From positions 186,001-250,000 of IMG/VR virus record IMGVR_UViG_3300005613_000002: 64,000 bases of DNA; one strand, 5' to 3'. The translations under genes and the position numbers were made by a program. Within the stretch, counting starts at the first letter, position 1. Each line of letters opens with the position of its first letter. Shown piece by piece: positions 7,786 through 15,462 of this stretch. The notes under the pieces are model-generated. The model had not been told where the DNA came from. It ran no database searches and was given only the letters and a program-made list of their open reading frames with translations.

Positions 7786-8280
7786 ATGAAAAATCTATTA
7801 TTCTTATTACTAGCAGTTTTAACCTTAACATCCTGTCAAGAAGAACTAATTACAGAGTTAGAACAAGAGCAAGAAATTGTTATTGATAATCCAATTCTTG
7901 ATTTAGTTAATGAAGTGAGGACTGTTGATTATGTAATTAATGGTATCACATATCCAGCAAAAGATGCTTTAGTTTGGAATTCGGATTTAGAAAAGATATC
8001 AAAAATACAAACCACTCACATGGATGAAAATAATGATTGGTGTATGGTTTGGGAAGATGGAACTGATTTATCTAAAAGATTTGAAATGGTTGATTGTGAT
8101 TATAAACCAAGATTTGAGGGTTATGTAAAAATGTCAACACCAACATGTCCATCAAAATTAGCAATTGATGTATTATTTAAATCATACCATGAAATATTAA
8201 TGAGTGAAAAATATAATATTGTTGCAGTTACACAAACTGGTATATATTGGTCAATTGTCTTAGCCAATAAACCTACATGA
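7786..8280 (+). CDS. lipoprotein with CAP/SCP-like domain
   Basis: Lipobox LTLTSC; LDLVNEVR...LVWN.DL......HM...; H.EILM......V....YW pattern of CAP domains. Confidence 0.6.
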   Translation: MKNLLFLLLAVLTLTSCQEELITELEQEQEIVIDNPILDLVNEVRTVDYVINGITYPAKDALVWNSDLEKISKIQTTHMDENNDWCMVWEDGTDLSKRFEMVDCDYKPRFEGYVKMSTPTCPSKLAIDVLFKSYHEILMSEKYNIVAVTQTGIYWSIVLANKPT

Positions 8281-8396
8281 CTAGCAACCCTGTTGAGAAA
8301 TGCCCATAGTATTAACCAAAGAAAACCCGATAGTATGAACAAATCTCCCCCGAAAGGGTAAATAATTAATAAATAAGATATTGAAAATATAAACGT

Positions 8397-8431
8397 AAAC
8401 GGCAGCAAATTAATTTTGTTGCCGTTTTTTT
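8397..8431 (+). terminator. intrinsic terminator abutting next promoter
   Basis: AAACGGCAGCAAA/TTTGTTGCCGTTT plus U-tract into TGTAAC. Confidence 0.8.
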
Positions 8432-8459
8432 GTAACAATTTTAATTAAAAAACGTATAA
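8431..8459 (+). promoter_or_regulatory. ECF-type phage promoter
   Basis: TGTAAC-N16-CGTATAA. Confidence 0.85.
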
Positions 8460-8486
8460 TTAGTATAACAAATTAAAACTAGACAA

Positions 8487-9737
8487 ATGAGTACTAAAAG
8501 TGATAAAGCAAAAGAAAGTGGTGTTGTTCATTTCTCAATTGGTGAGAATATGGGTGTTAGATTAATGGAAATCTCACAGGAACATCTTATTTATGGTAAC
8601 GACCCAATTAAAGCATTAAAAGCAATTACAGACAGTTTAATTGGTTGCCCTACTGATTATGCGTTAAAAATTCTTAAAGGTGATATTGTATTGTTTGTTG
8701 ATACAGCAGACCAAACAATTATGCCAACTGAACGTATTCCAGCAATACATGATAAAATCTTTCCAAAGATTGATGTTGTTGATTACATGAAAAAATGTGA
8801 CCATAAAATTCAAAAACATTCACTATCATTAATAAACACTTGGAATATATTGAAGGGTGAAATTGCTAAAAGACATTATAGTTTAACGGTTGATTTTGAT
8901 TTTGAAGATATTTTTAAATTCGTTTCGGGTAATAATGAAGTGATTTTAGAAACATTAAGAGATTTAAAAGAGGTTGACCAAATAACAGAAATAATTGGAG
9001 CAACTAAAGCATTTATTGAACATTCAAGTAAAATTCAATCTACTTTAGAATGGATGTTTAATACTTGGAATGAATTTGAAACTTTTGATAGTGATTCAAA
9101 AGAAAATCCATATGTTGAATATATTGATATTAAAGAAAATATATCAGATAATTTAATACATGCAATGCGTAAAATGCAAGAAGTTGTTAATTTAGATTTT
9201 AAATTTCAACTTGATGCAGAAAGTGAAAGTATTGATAACTATATTAATGCAGTAAAAGAGATTGATGTTGTAATAACAGAAGGAATTGAGCCAGTTGATA
9301 TATTGGATAATTGGTCAGGTGGTTGGTTAAGTCCAGAAGGTGAGTATTATGCTTTAAATGGTGAAATTGCAAACATGTTACATAATCAAATTGCTGATGC
9401 TTTACAAGAAAAAGGAATCATTCCAATGTACGAAAATGATGAAGATAAAAGCGATAAAATTAAACTGAATCCTGATTCATGGTTAGAAGAACAAGGTTGG
9501 GTTAAAATTCATGATAATAATGTACACTTTGCTGGTTGTTTAAATGTTAAATTAGATAAACCAAATGTTAACATGACTGATATACAGATTAATATGGTGC
9601 GTGACTATATTACTGATTGTCACCAATGTATAATTAAAGCAGGTTGGAGATTAATGAAACAAAGTATTGGAATGTTCACAGCTTTAGCAAAATCTGACCC
9701 AATTGCATTTAATAAGAAATATTTTACATTTGATTAA
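8487..9737 (+). CDS. hypothetical protein, 416 aa
   Basis: Long ORF; C-terminal GWLSP.G.Y...H..IA...GWVKI module seen in phage proteins of unknown function. Confidence 0.85.
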   Translation: MSTKSDKAKESGVVHFSIGENMGVRLMEISQEHLIYGNDPIKALKAITDSLIGCPTDYALKILKGDIVLFVDTADQTIMPTERIPAIHDKIFPKIDVVDYMKKCDHKIQKHSLSLINTWNILKGEIAKRHYSLTVDFDFEDIFKFVSGNNEVILETLRDLKEVDQITEIIGATKAFIEHSSKIQSTLEWMFNTWNEFETFDSDSKENPYVEYIDIKENISDNLIHAMRKMQEVVNLDFKFQLDAESESIDNYINAVKEIDVVITEGIEPVDILDNWSGGWLSPEGEYYALNGEIANMLHNQIADALQEKGIIPMYENDEDKSDKIKLNPDSWLEEQGWVKIHDNNVHFAGCLNVKLDKPNVNMTDIQINMVRDYITDCHQCIIKAGWRLMKQSIGMFTALAKSDPIAFNKKYFTFD

Positions 9738-9751
9738 AAAACAATAATTAT

Positions 9752-9780
9752 TGTAACAAAATAAAAAATAATACGTATAT
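9752..9780 (+). promoter_or_regulatory. ECF-type phage promoter
   Basis: TGTAAC-N16-CGTATAT. Confidence 0.8.
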
Positions 9781-9833
9781 TTAAACTCAAAGTAATTAAT
9801 AATAGAAAAAGTAACAATTAAAAAAACTTTAAA

Positions 9834-10379
9834 ATGAAGAAACAATTTATTTATTTTTTAATGATTTTCGGGATGTTTTTATTAATGTCCAATTCAGGTT
9901 GTGATGATTCAACAAAACCAAATGCTGATACTGAACAGCAAAAACAAACAGAATTAGCAGCAACAGAAGGTAATCGTCAGGTTGGTATGCCCGGGATAGT
10001 TAACTATCAAGAGAAAAAAATGCTTAAATGGATTTATGAATTATGCGACCAAGAGAATTTGGTTTGTCATGCATATTTATTTAATTCAATAGAAGGTAAA
10101 GTTGGTCAATACTTAGGTGAATGTATTGGTTATGGAATTCCTTACAGTACACAATTTAGTAATCCAAATAAAGTAATTGACCCAGATCAACTCCCGGGAC
10201 AATCGTATTACAATGGTGAAGGTACACCTGTAGTAATGCCACAACCAGAACCTAATTTATTATTTAAACCAGAAGGATTATCTGCTACATGGTTAATTAT
10301 GCTTGACCCTGATACAAAGAAACCTCGACCCGTTTATGTAGAACCTGAAATTTTAGTATTTCCATATAAATTAAAATAA
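9834..10379 (+). CDS. putative phage lipoprotein
   Basis: Signal peptide ending SNSGC; GECIGYGIPYSTQFSNP...PQPEPN.LF.P...SATW...PVYVEP motifs. Confidence 0.75.
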   Translation: MKKQFIYFLMIFGMFLLMSNSGCDDSTKPNADTEQQKQTELAATEGNRQVGMPGIVNYQEKKMLKWIYELCDQENLVCHAYLFNSIEGKVGQYLGECIGYGIPYSTQFSNPNKVIDPDQLPGQSYYNGEGTPVVMPQPEPNLLFKPEGLSATWLIMLDPDTKKPRPVYVEPEILVFPYKLK

Positions 10380-10380
10380 G

Positions 10381-10725
10381 ATGAAAAATACATTAAAAAT
10401 TATAGGTGGAATACTTTTGTTCTTTGTTGTAATAATTGGTTTGTCTTATGGTTTAGGTTGGAATAAAGTTTTATTCACTAAAACAGTAGGCAAAGCACAG
10501 CAAAATGCAGAACGTGAAGTGTTTGAAGAAAACAAAAGTTTTGTTGACGGTAAACGTTCAACAGCATTTAAATACTACCATGAATATCAAACTTTACCTG
10601 ATTCAACAAAGCAATCATATGCAAGAACCGTTGCATTAGAATTTAAAGATTTTGATGAAGATAAATATTTCAAAGGTGATTTAAGAAATTTCATTCACAA
10701 TTGTAAATATAAGTTAATAGAATAG
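10381..10725 (+). CDS. membrane-anchored protein paired with the lipoprotein
   Basis: N-terminal TM helix; AEREVFEENKSFV.G. Confidence 0.75.
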   Translation: MKNTLKIIGGILLFFVVIIGLSYGLGWNKVLFTKTVGKAQQNAEREVFEENKSFVDGKRSTAFKYYHEYQTLPDSTKQSYARTVALEFKDFDEDKYFKGDLRNFIHNCKYKLIE

Positions 10726-10746
10726 AGAATAAAACAAAAAGATATT

Positions 10747-10781
10747 AAAAGGTAGTGATTAATTTCACTACCTTTTTTTTT
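10747..10781 (+). terminator. intrinsic terminator abutting next promoter
   Basis: AAAAGGTAGTGA-TTAATT-TCACTACCTTTT plus U-tract. Confidence 0.85.
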
Positions 10782-10809
10782 GTAACAATTTTAATTAAAA
10801 AACGTATAA
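10781..10809 (+). promoter_or_regulatory. ECF-type phage promoter
   Basis: TGTAAC-N16-CGTATAA. Confidence 0.85.
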
Positions 10810-10835
10810 TAAGTATAATTTAAAACTTATAAATC

Positions 10836-11237
10836 ATGTTAGTTGAAACAAATAGAAATTATGTTGAAAGAGTTGAGGGAAGTAAACATTTCCTGAATTG
10901 TCCTAAACATATATTAAACCATACGTTAGACTGTTTTTATCGTCAATTTCATGATAATAAAGCAAAAGCAATTGAAGTAATTCATTCTTATTTAAAAGAT
11001 TATAATATTGAAAGTCCGAAACAAAAAGCAATTCAATTTGTTGAATGGCGTAGCTCTATTACTATTCAGGAGTTTAATAATATCAATGTTAATTCTTATG
11101 TTGATAATTCACCTAAACATATCAATGATATGTTAAACCACCAATGTAACTGGATTGAAACTAATACAACTTATTTTCCTTTTACTGGTATAAAAAACAA
11201 ACAACCAAGTTACCCATATAAATTTAGAACGTTGTAA
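10836..11237 (+). CDS. hypothetical protein
   Basis: Stop TAA inside next -35 box. Confidence 0.7.
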   Translation: MLVETNRNYVERVEGSKHFLNCPKHILNHTLDCFYRQFHDNKAKAIEVIHSYLKDYNIESPKQKAIQFVEWRSSITIQEFNNINVNSYVDNSPKHINDMLNHQCNWIETNTTYFPFTGIKNKQPSYPYKFRTL

Positions 11238-11261
11238 CAATTTTAATTAAAAAACGTATAA
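11233..11261 (+). promoter_or_regulatory. ECF-type phage promoter
   Basis: TGTAAC-N16-CGTATAA. Confidence 0.85.
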
Positions 11262-11288
11262 TAAGTATAACATTTAAAACATACGACA

Positions 11289-11537
11289 ATGAAAAAGAAA
11301 ACACTTTACAGAACAGTAATTCAAATTGAAGTTTTATCTGAAACACCTATTGAACATTCAATGAGTACAGCAGAAATACAACAAGAATGTGATGATGGTG
11401 AATTTTCAGGAATGACTGATACTACAGTAAGCAACCAACCTATTAGTGGTAAGGATGCAGCTAAACTTGTAATTGCACAAGGTACTGATGTTGAATTTTT
11501 CAACATGGATGCTGATGGAAATGAAGTTGAATATTAA
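11289..11537 (+). CDS. small acidic hypothetical protein
   Basis: First gene after promoter. Confidence 0.7.
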   Translation: MKKKTLYRTVIQIEVLSETPIEHSMSTAEIQQECDDGEFSGMTDTTVSNQPISGKDAAKLVIAQGTDVEFFNMDADGNEVEY

Positions 11538-11555
11538 CATTTAAAACATACGACA

Positions 11556-11774
11556 ATGGCAAAGAAAAGAGTAGTATTCGAAATTGAGGTTGATGCTAAT
11601 TCAAATATTGAAGGAGCTAAAACTGTTCAGGAATGGTTACAAAACCCAAATGATAATTGGCAATATTATGTTCAAGATATTGAAACATTAAAAATTGTTA
11701 CTATTGACTTGGAAGAAGATGAATCTTGTATGGAATTACCAGCAGACAATTATTCTCCAATGATTCAAAAATAA
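11556..11774 (+). CDS. small acidic hypothetical protein
   Basis: Same 18-bp start cassette as upstream gene. Confidence 0.7.
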   Translation: MAKKRVVFEIEVDANSNIEGAKTVQEWLQNPNDNWQYYVQDIETLKIVTIDLEEDESCMELPADNYSPMIQK

Positions 11775-11779
11775 AAATT

Positions 11780-11989
11780 ATGAAAATTTATAAAACACAA
11801 TTAATTGAACTTAATAAAACTGAATTAAATAAGATTACCAAAGGTGTTCCAATTGAAGAACGAATTAAACCTTGTCCTAAATGCAAATGTACTGAATGGT
11901 GGTTACTACCAAGATTAAGTGCTAGTGTTCGTACTGGTGGTAAACATTATTGTGAATGTCTTGAATGTGGTTATCAAACACATTTATAA
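11780..11989 (+). CDS. small Zn-ribbon protein
   Basis: CPKC...CLECG; start moved from 11726. Confidence 0.65.
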   Translation: MKIYKTQLIELNKTELNKITKGVPIEERIKPCPKCKCTEWWLLPRLSASVRTGGKHYCECLECGYQTHL

Positions 11990-12018
11990 AATCTTTTTAA
12001 TTAAAAAGGTTATTAAGT

Positions 12019-12047
12019 TGTAACATATTTAAATTAAAAACGTATAT
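12019..12047 (+). promoter_or_regulatory. ECF-type phage promoter
   Basis: TGTAAC-N16-CGTATAT. Confidence 0.8.
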
Positions 12048-12080
12048 TTGAATATGTTTAACACTTACAATTTAAAACAA

Positions 12081-12887
12081 ATGACAATGAAGTTTACGAC
12101 AATTCCAAAGGCAAAGAAATTAACAGGTTTAGCTTATTTAGGTGGTGTAAATGTTTCAGCTAAAATAATTAAAAACATGAAAGTTAGCAATAACATTACA
12201 TACTCAATATATCTTGCACCTGCAATGGTTAGCGGTTATAATGTTTGTCCTAACTCAACACCTGAATGTCGTTTAGGTTGCCTTGCTACTTCTGGACGTG
12301 CAGGAATGGATATTCTTTCAGGAAAAGGAATGGTAGAAAGAGCTAGGATTAAAAAGACTAAACTATTCCATGAACACAACGATTTTTTTATGGATTGGTT
12401 ATATGCTGAACTTAGATTAGCAAAAGCAAAAGCTGAAAGAAACGGTTTTAATTTTTCTGTTCGTTTAAATGCTACTTCTGATATTGATTGGCAAAACGTA
12501 AAACGTGATAATAAAAATGTTTTTGATGTATTTCCTGATGTTAATTTCTACGACTATACCAAAAATCCAACAAAGTTTTTTGATAAACCTGAGAATTATC
12601 ATTTAACGTTTTCATATTCAGGACACAATGTTAAAATGTGTGAAAAATTATTAAATAGAGGTTTTAATATTGCAACGGTTTTCAATGTAAAAAGAGAATC
12701 AGACCTACCAAAAACCTTTATGGGTTATGATGTGATTAACGGTGATTTAACGGACTTTAGACCAAATGATGAAAAAGGTATTATTGTTGGTTTAAAATGG
12801 AAACAAATAGCTAATAAAGAGAATAACGACAAAATTAAGAACAGTATCTTTGTTGTTCAACCAAATGATGAAAGAAGTAAATATTAA
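12081..12887 (+). CDS. GP88-like phage protein (Cys-motif, radical-SAM-like)
   Basis: YLAPA...NVCP.S...C...CL..SGR; VRLNATSDI.W; FYDYTK; YHLTFS; NGD..D.R..D. Confidence 0.75.
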   Translation: MTMKFTTIPKAKKLTGLAYLGGVNVSAKIIKNMKVSNNITYSIYLAPAMVSGYNVCPNSTPECRLGCLATSGRAGMDILSGKGMVERARIKKTKLFHEHNDFFMDWLYAELRLAKAKAERNGFNFSVRLNATSDIDWQNVKRDNKNVFDVFPDVNFYDYTKNPTKFFDKPENYHLTFSYSGHNVKMCEKLLNRGFNIATVFNVKRESDLPKTFMGYDVINGDLTDFRPNDEKGIIVGLKWKQIANKENNDKIKNSIFVVQPNDERSKY

Positions 12888-12891
12888 TATT

Positions 12892-12934
12892 TAATTGGCT
12901 ATAAGTAATAAAAATTAACACTTATAGCCAATTA
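12892..12934. repeat. perfect 15-bp inverted repeat, 13-nt loop
   Basis: TAATTGGCTATAAGT / ACTTATAGCCAATTA; no U-tract. Confidence 0.85.
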
Positions 12935-12951
12935 TAACAAAAATTATAGCA

Positions 12952-13242
12952 ATGATAAATTCAAAAGATTACATTATTTCAGAACGTGAAGCAATAAAAA
13001 AAGCATTATGTATGCCAACTTCATTACCTGATACTTGGAAACTTAAAGAATTAGAACCAATTGGTCAATCCAAATTTAAAGGTGATAATTTAACTGGTAA
13101 TTGGTCAGTTAACGACCAATTTGAAATTGGAAAAGTTTACCCAATTTATGAAGGTGAAGAAGATTTATTTGTTGTTGGTGCTGATGGTGGTGGTAAAAAA
13201 ATGACACCAAAAGCATGGGGTAGGATTTTATATTTTGACTAA
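12952..13242 (+). CDS. hypothetical protein
   Basis: Co-oriented ORF. Confidence 0.7.
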   Translation: MINSKDYIISEREAIKKALCMPTSLPDTWKLKELEPIGQSKFKGDNLTGNWSVNDQFEIGKVYPIYEGEEDLFVVGADGGGKKMTPKAWGRILYFD

Positions 13243-13252
13243 AATTAAAGTA

Positions 13253-13789
13253 ATGAAAGAACCAAGAATAACTTTCTCTAATATCAAAACGTTTCGAGGT
13301 ATGGAGGGAACAGGAATAAATGCACATGTTCATATCAATGGTTTAAAATGTTTATTTATTTATGATTCAGGTGATGGTGGTGATTTAGAAATTGAAAAGT
13401 TAACTAAATCAAGTATACCTAACATTGATAAAAGAATAGAATTGCTAAATAAATTTGTTGACCAATTACCAAAAGAAAAATTTGAATTTGGTAAAACTGT
13501 GAAATATTATAAAGTCACATTGGAAAGTTATCTAAACACCAAGATTAATGATTTTATGATTGCAAAAGAAAAAGCTAAATTTCAAAAGAAGATGGAAAAG
13601 CATTTTTTAACTTGTATTGTTTTTGGTGTTCCTGATTCTGGTAGTTATCAATTTCTAAACTACAAAAAACCTTTAAGTAGTTTACCTGATATGTTTTTGG
13701 AGAATCAAATAAAGAATGTCCAAAACAAATATTGTAAAGATAATGTACAAATCTTAAATACAAATTTAGAAAAGTTTCTTTCTAATTGA
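13253..13789 (+). CDS. hypothetical protein
   Basis: ATG start chosen over TTG at 13235. Confidence 0.7.
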   Translation: MKEPRITFSNIKTFRGMEGTGINAHVHINGLKCLFIYDSGDGGDLEIEKLTKSSIPNIDKRIELLNKFVDQLPKEKFEFGKTVKYYKVTLESYLNTKINDFMIAKEKAKFQKKMEKHFLTCIVFGVPDSGSYQFLNYKKPLSSLPDMFLENQIKNVQNKYCKDNVQILNTNLEKFLSN

Positions 13790-13797
13790 TGCTAATT

Positions 13798-13837
13798 ATG
13801 CGGTGATTAAATGATCTATTCACCGCATTTAATTTTT
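13798..13837 (+). terminator. probable terminator
   Basis: ATGCGGTGA/TCACCGCAT stem then TTAATTTTT. Confidence 0.55.
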
Positions 13838-13855
13838 AATTAAAAACTTACTACA

Positions 13856-13993
13856 ATGAATGAATTCATATTTATGATGGGATTTTTTAGTGGTGCTGTT
13901 ACATGTGCAATATTATATCTTGTTGCAATGTACACTATTAAAAGAGTTAACAGGAGAAAGAGGGAGAAAGAACTGATAAGAAGATATAAATAA
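13856..13993 (+). CDS. small membrane protein, 45 aa
   Basis: Hydrophobic helix then basic tail; not in ORF track. Confidence 0.55.
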   Translation: MNEFIFMMGFFSGAVTCAILYLVAMYTIKRVNRRKREKELIRRYK

Positions 13994-13998
13994 TATAT

Positions 13999-14027
13999 AG
14001 TAACATAATTGAGCAATGTACGTATAA
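13999..14027 (+). promoter_or_regulatory. ECF-type phage promoter (AGTAAC variant)
   Basis: AGTAAC-N16-CGTATAA; spacer identical to 14699 promoter. Confidence 0.75.
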
Positions 14028-14051
14028 TTATTATAACAAAAAGAAAAAGTA

Positions 14052-14537
14052 ATGGGACAAGTAAAAGAAATGAAAAACGCTATTGAGTTTTATCTACTCA
14101 ACATTTATACCAACATTGGAATGGATAAACCATCAAACCATGATGATATCTTAGAATTCATAGCCAATGATGTAATAGAAACAGCAGACCCAATAAATTG
14201 GCATTCAGGTGATGTATCAATAGGATTTCGCAGATGGATTGAGAGCAATGTACAACCACAAGAAACAAAAATTCCAACAGGTCTTAAAGACAGTAATAAT
14301 AACATTATTTATGTTGGTGATAATGTACAACCTAATATCTGGTCACAAATAAATAGCGATCATGAAGATGAAGGTGAAATTCATATTGATGGTTATCTAA
14401 CTGATGACGATAATGAAGAAGGAACAGTAATCGCTAAAGTCAGAATGATTGATAATGAGGTTACATATTATGATGAACGTGCAAAGACTGATAAGTATGC
14501 ACAAGAAGTAATTACTGAATGTTTTAAAAGATTATAA
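14052..14537 (+). CDS. hypothetical protein with YopX-like C-terminal motif
   Basis: TGLKDSNNNIIYVGDNV resembles YopX TGLKDKNG.EIYEGDI. Confidence 0.65.
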   Translation: MGQVKEMKNAIEFYLLNIYTNIGMDKPSNHDDILEFIANDVIETADPINWHSGDVSIGFRRWIESNVQPQETKIPTGLKDSNNNIIYVGDNVQPNIWSQINSDHEDEGEIHIDGYLTDDDNEEGTVIAKVRMIDNEVTYYDERAKTDKYAQEVITECFKRL

Positions 14538-14556
14538 TTTTAATTAAAAAATAATC

Positions 14557-14694
14557 ATGGGAGCAATTAATTTACGGGATGAATATATCAATAAGATATT
14601 ATCCAACGATGATAATGATAATGATGACAATGAAGGATTTTTAGAATCATTACCATTGAGTGAACTTAAAACATTAGCTGAAGATTGTTCATAA
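14557..14694 (+). CDS. small acidic protein, 45 aa
   Basis: MGAINLRDEY...; not in ORF track. Confidence 0.5.
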   Translation: MGAINLRDEYINKILSNDDNDNDDNEGFLESLPLSELKTLAEDCS

Positions 14695-14698
14695 TTTT

Positions 14699-14727
14699 TG
14701 TAACATAATTGAGCAATGTACGTATAA
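14699..14727 (+). promoter_or_regulatory. ECF-type promoter of non-coding RNA cluster
   Basis: TGTAAC-N16-CGTATAA followed by about 400 nt without a credible ORF. Confidence 0.85.
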
Positions 14728-14732
14728 TAATA

Positions 14733-14862
14733 TAACAGTGAATAGCATAATGGAGTACGATAAGCTAAGTACAGGATGCGCAGGACTTTAAGTTTTATTT
14801 TTAAATGCATGTGGAAATAAAATTGTCGCTGAGAAGTGGGGTTGAATTCCCCAACACTGTTA
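14733..14862 (+). ncRNA. tRNA-like RNA with insertions in D-loop and anticodon loop (nominal anticodon TTA)
   Basis: Acceptor TAACAGTG/CACTGTTA; TAGCATAATGG...ATGC D-arm; CAGGA-CTTTAA then 34-nt hairpin insert then TC(G)CTG; T-arm TGGGG-TTGAATT-CCCCA. Confidence 0.6.
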
Positions 14863-14865
14863 AAC

Positions 14866-14924
14866 GGTATTGAGTGAAGTTGTTTTGGAATTCACACCAG
14901 TAGGTTCGAAACCTGCCGATACCA
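14866..14924 (+). ncRNA. 59-nt tRNA-like RNA lacking one arm
   Basis: Acceptor GGTATTG/CGATACC + A; T-arm GTAGG-TTCGAAA-CCTGC; only one other hairpin GTGAA/TTCAC. Confidence 0.65.
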
Positions 14925-14936
14925 CACCAAAACCAA

Positions 14937-15060
14937 CCGAAAGGATGCATTCTGTTTCGGCAAGGGTTATACTCTGGGGTTCTGCTTACCCTTTAAAGCA
15001 GGAGTATAAAGAAGTTGTGGGCATTATTAAGGGACACTCTTGATACGAAACAACTTCTTT
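14937..15060 (+). ncRNA. structured RNA segment (hairpin, pseudoknot, long hairpin)
   Basis: CCGAAA/TTTCGG; TTATACTC/GAGTATAA enclosing CTGCTT/AAGCAG; AAGGGT/ACCCTT; AAAGAAGTTGT/ACAACTTCTTT. Confidence 0.55.
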
Positions 15061-15118
15061 GAAATTAATTAAAAATATTTGTCTGTCACTATACTTTAAA
15101 TTGTCGTTTAGTTGTGTG

Positions 15119-15150
15119 AAATGCCGTATAGAAATGTACGGTATTTTTTT
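15119..15150 (+). terminator. terminator of ncRNA cluster, abutting next promoter
   Basis: AAATGCCGTATA-GAAA-TGTACGGTATTT plus U-tract. Confidence 0.8.
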
Positions 15151-15178
15151 GTAACATTATTGAGCAATCTACGTATAA
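15150..15178 (+). promoter_or_regulatory. ECF-type phage promoter
   Basis: TGTAAC-N16-CGTATAA. Confidence 0.85.
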
Positions 15179-15204
15179 TAATTATAACATTTAAAACATA
15201 CACA

Positions 15205-15462
15205 ATGAAATATCAAGATTTAAAAAACAGACATGACACATTAGAACAAGATATTCTTGCTGCTTTGAGACATGAAGTTAATTCCAGCAAGAAAATGTCT
15301 AAACATATTAATGATGTCGCTATTGAAGTTAATGTTTATGATTATCATGAACTTGCAATCATTCATGATGAACTTGCATTCATGGATGAAAACGGATATC
15401 AATATTCAGTTTATGCTGAATGTTCGCTTGAAGATTTAATTGACATTTTAAGTAAAATCTAA
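15205..15462 (+). CDS. hypothetical protein
   Basis: Start moved from 15112 to first ATG after promoter. Confidence 0.7.
   Translation: MKYQDLKNRHDTLEQDILAALRHEVNSSKKMSKHINDVAIEVNVYDYHELAIIHDELAFMDENGYQYSVYAECSLEDLIDILSKI

Noticed and set aside
8281-8400. GC-richer stretch with a CCC-GAAA-GGG hairpin after the CAP gene
   Set aside because: Only one short stem and no promoter; insufficient support for an RNA or a readthrough extension.
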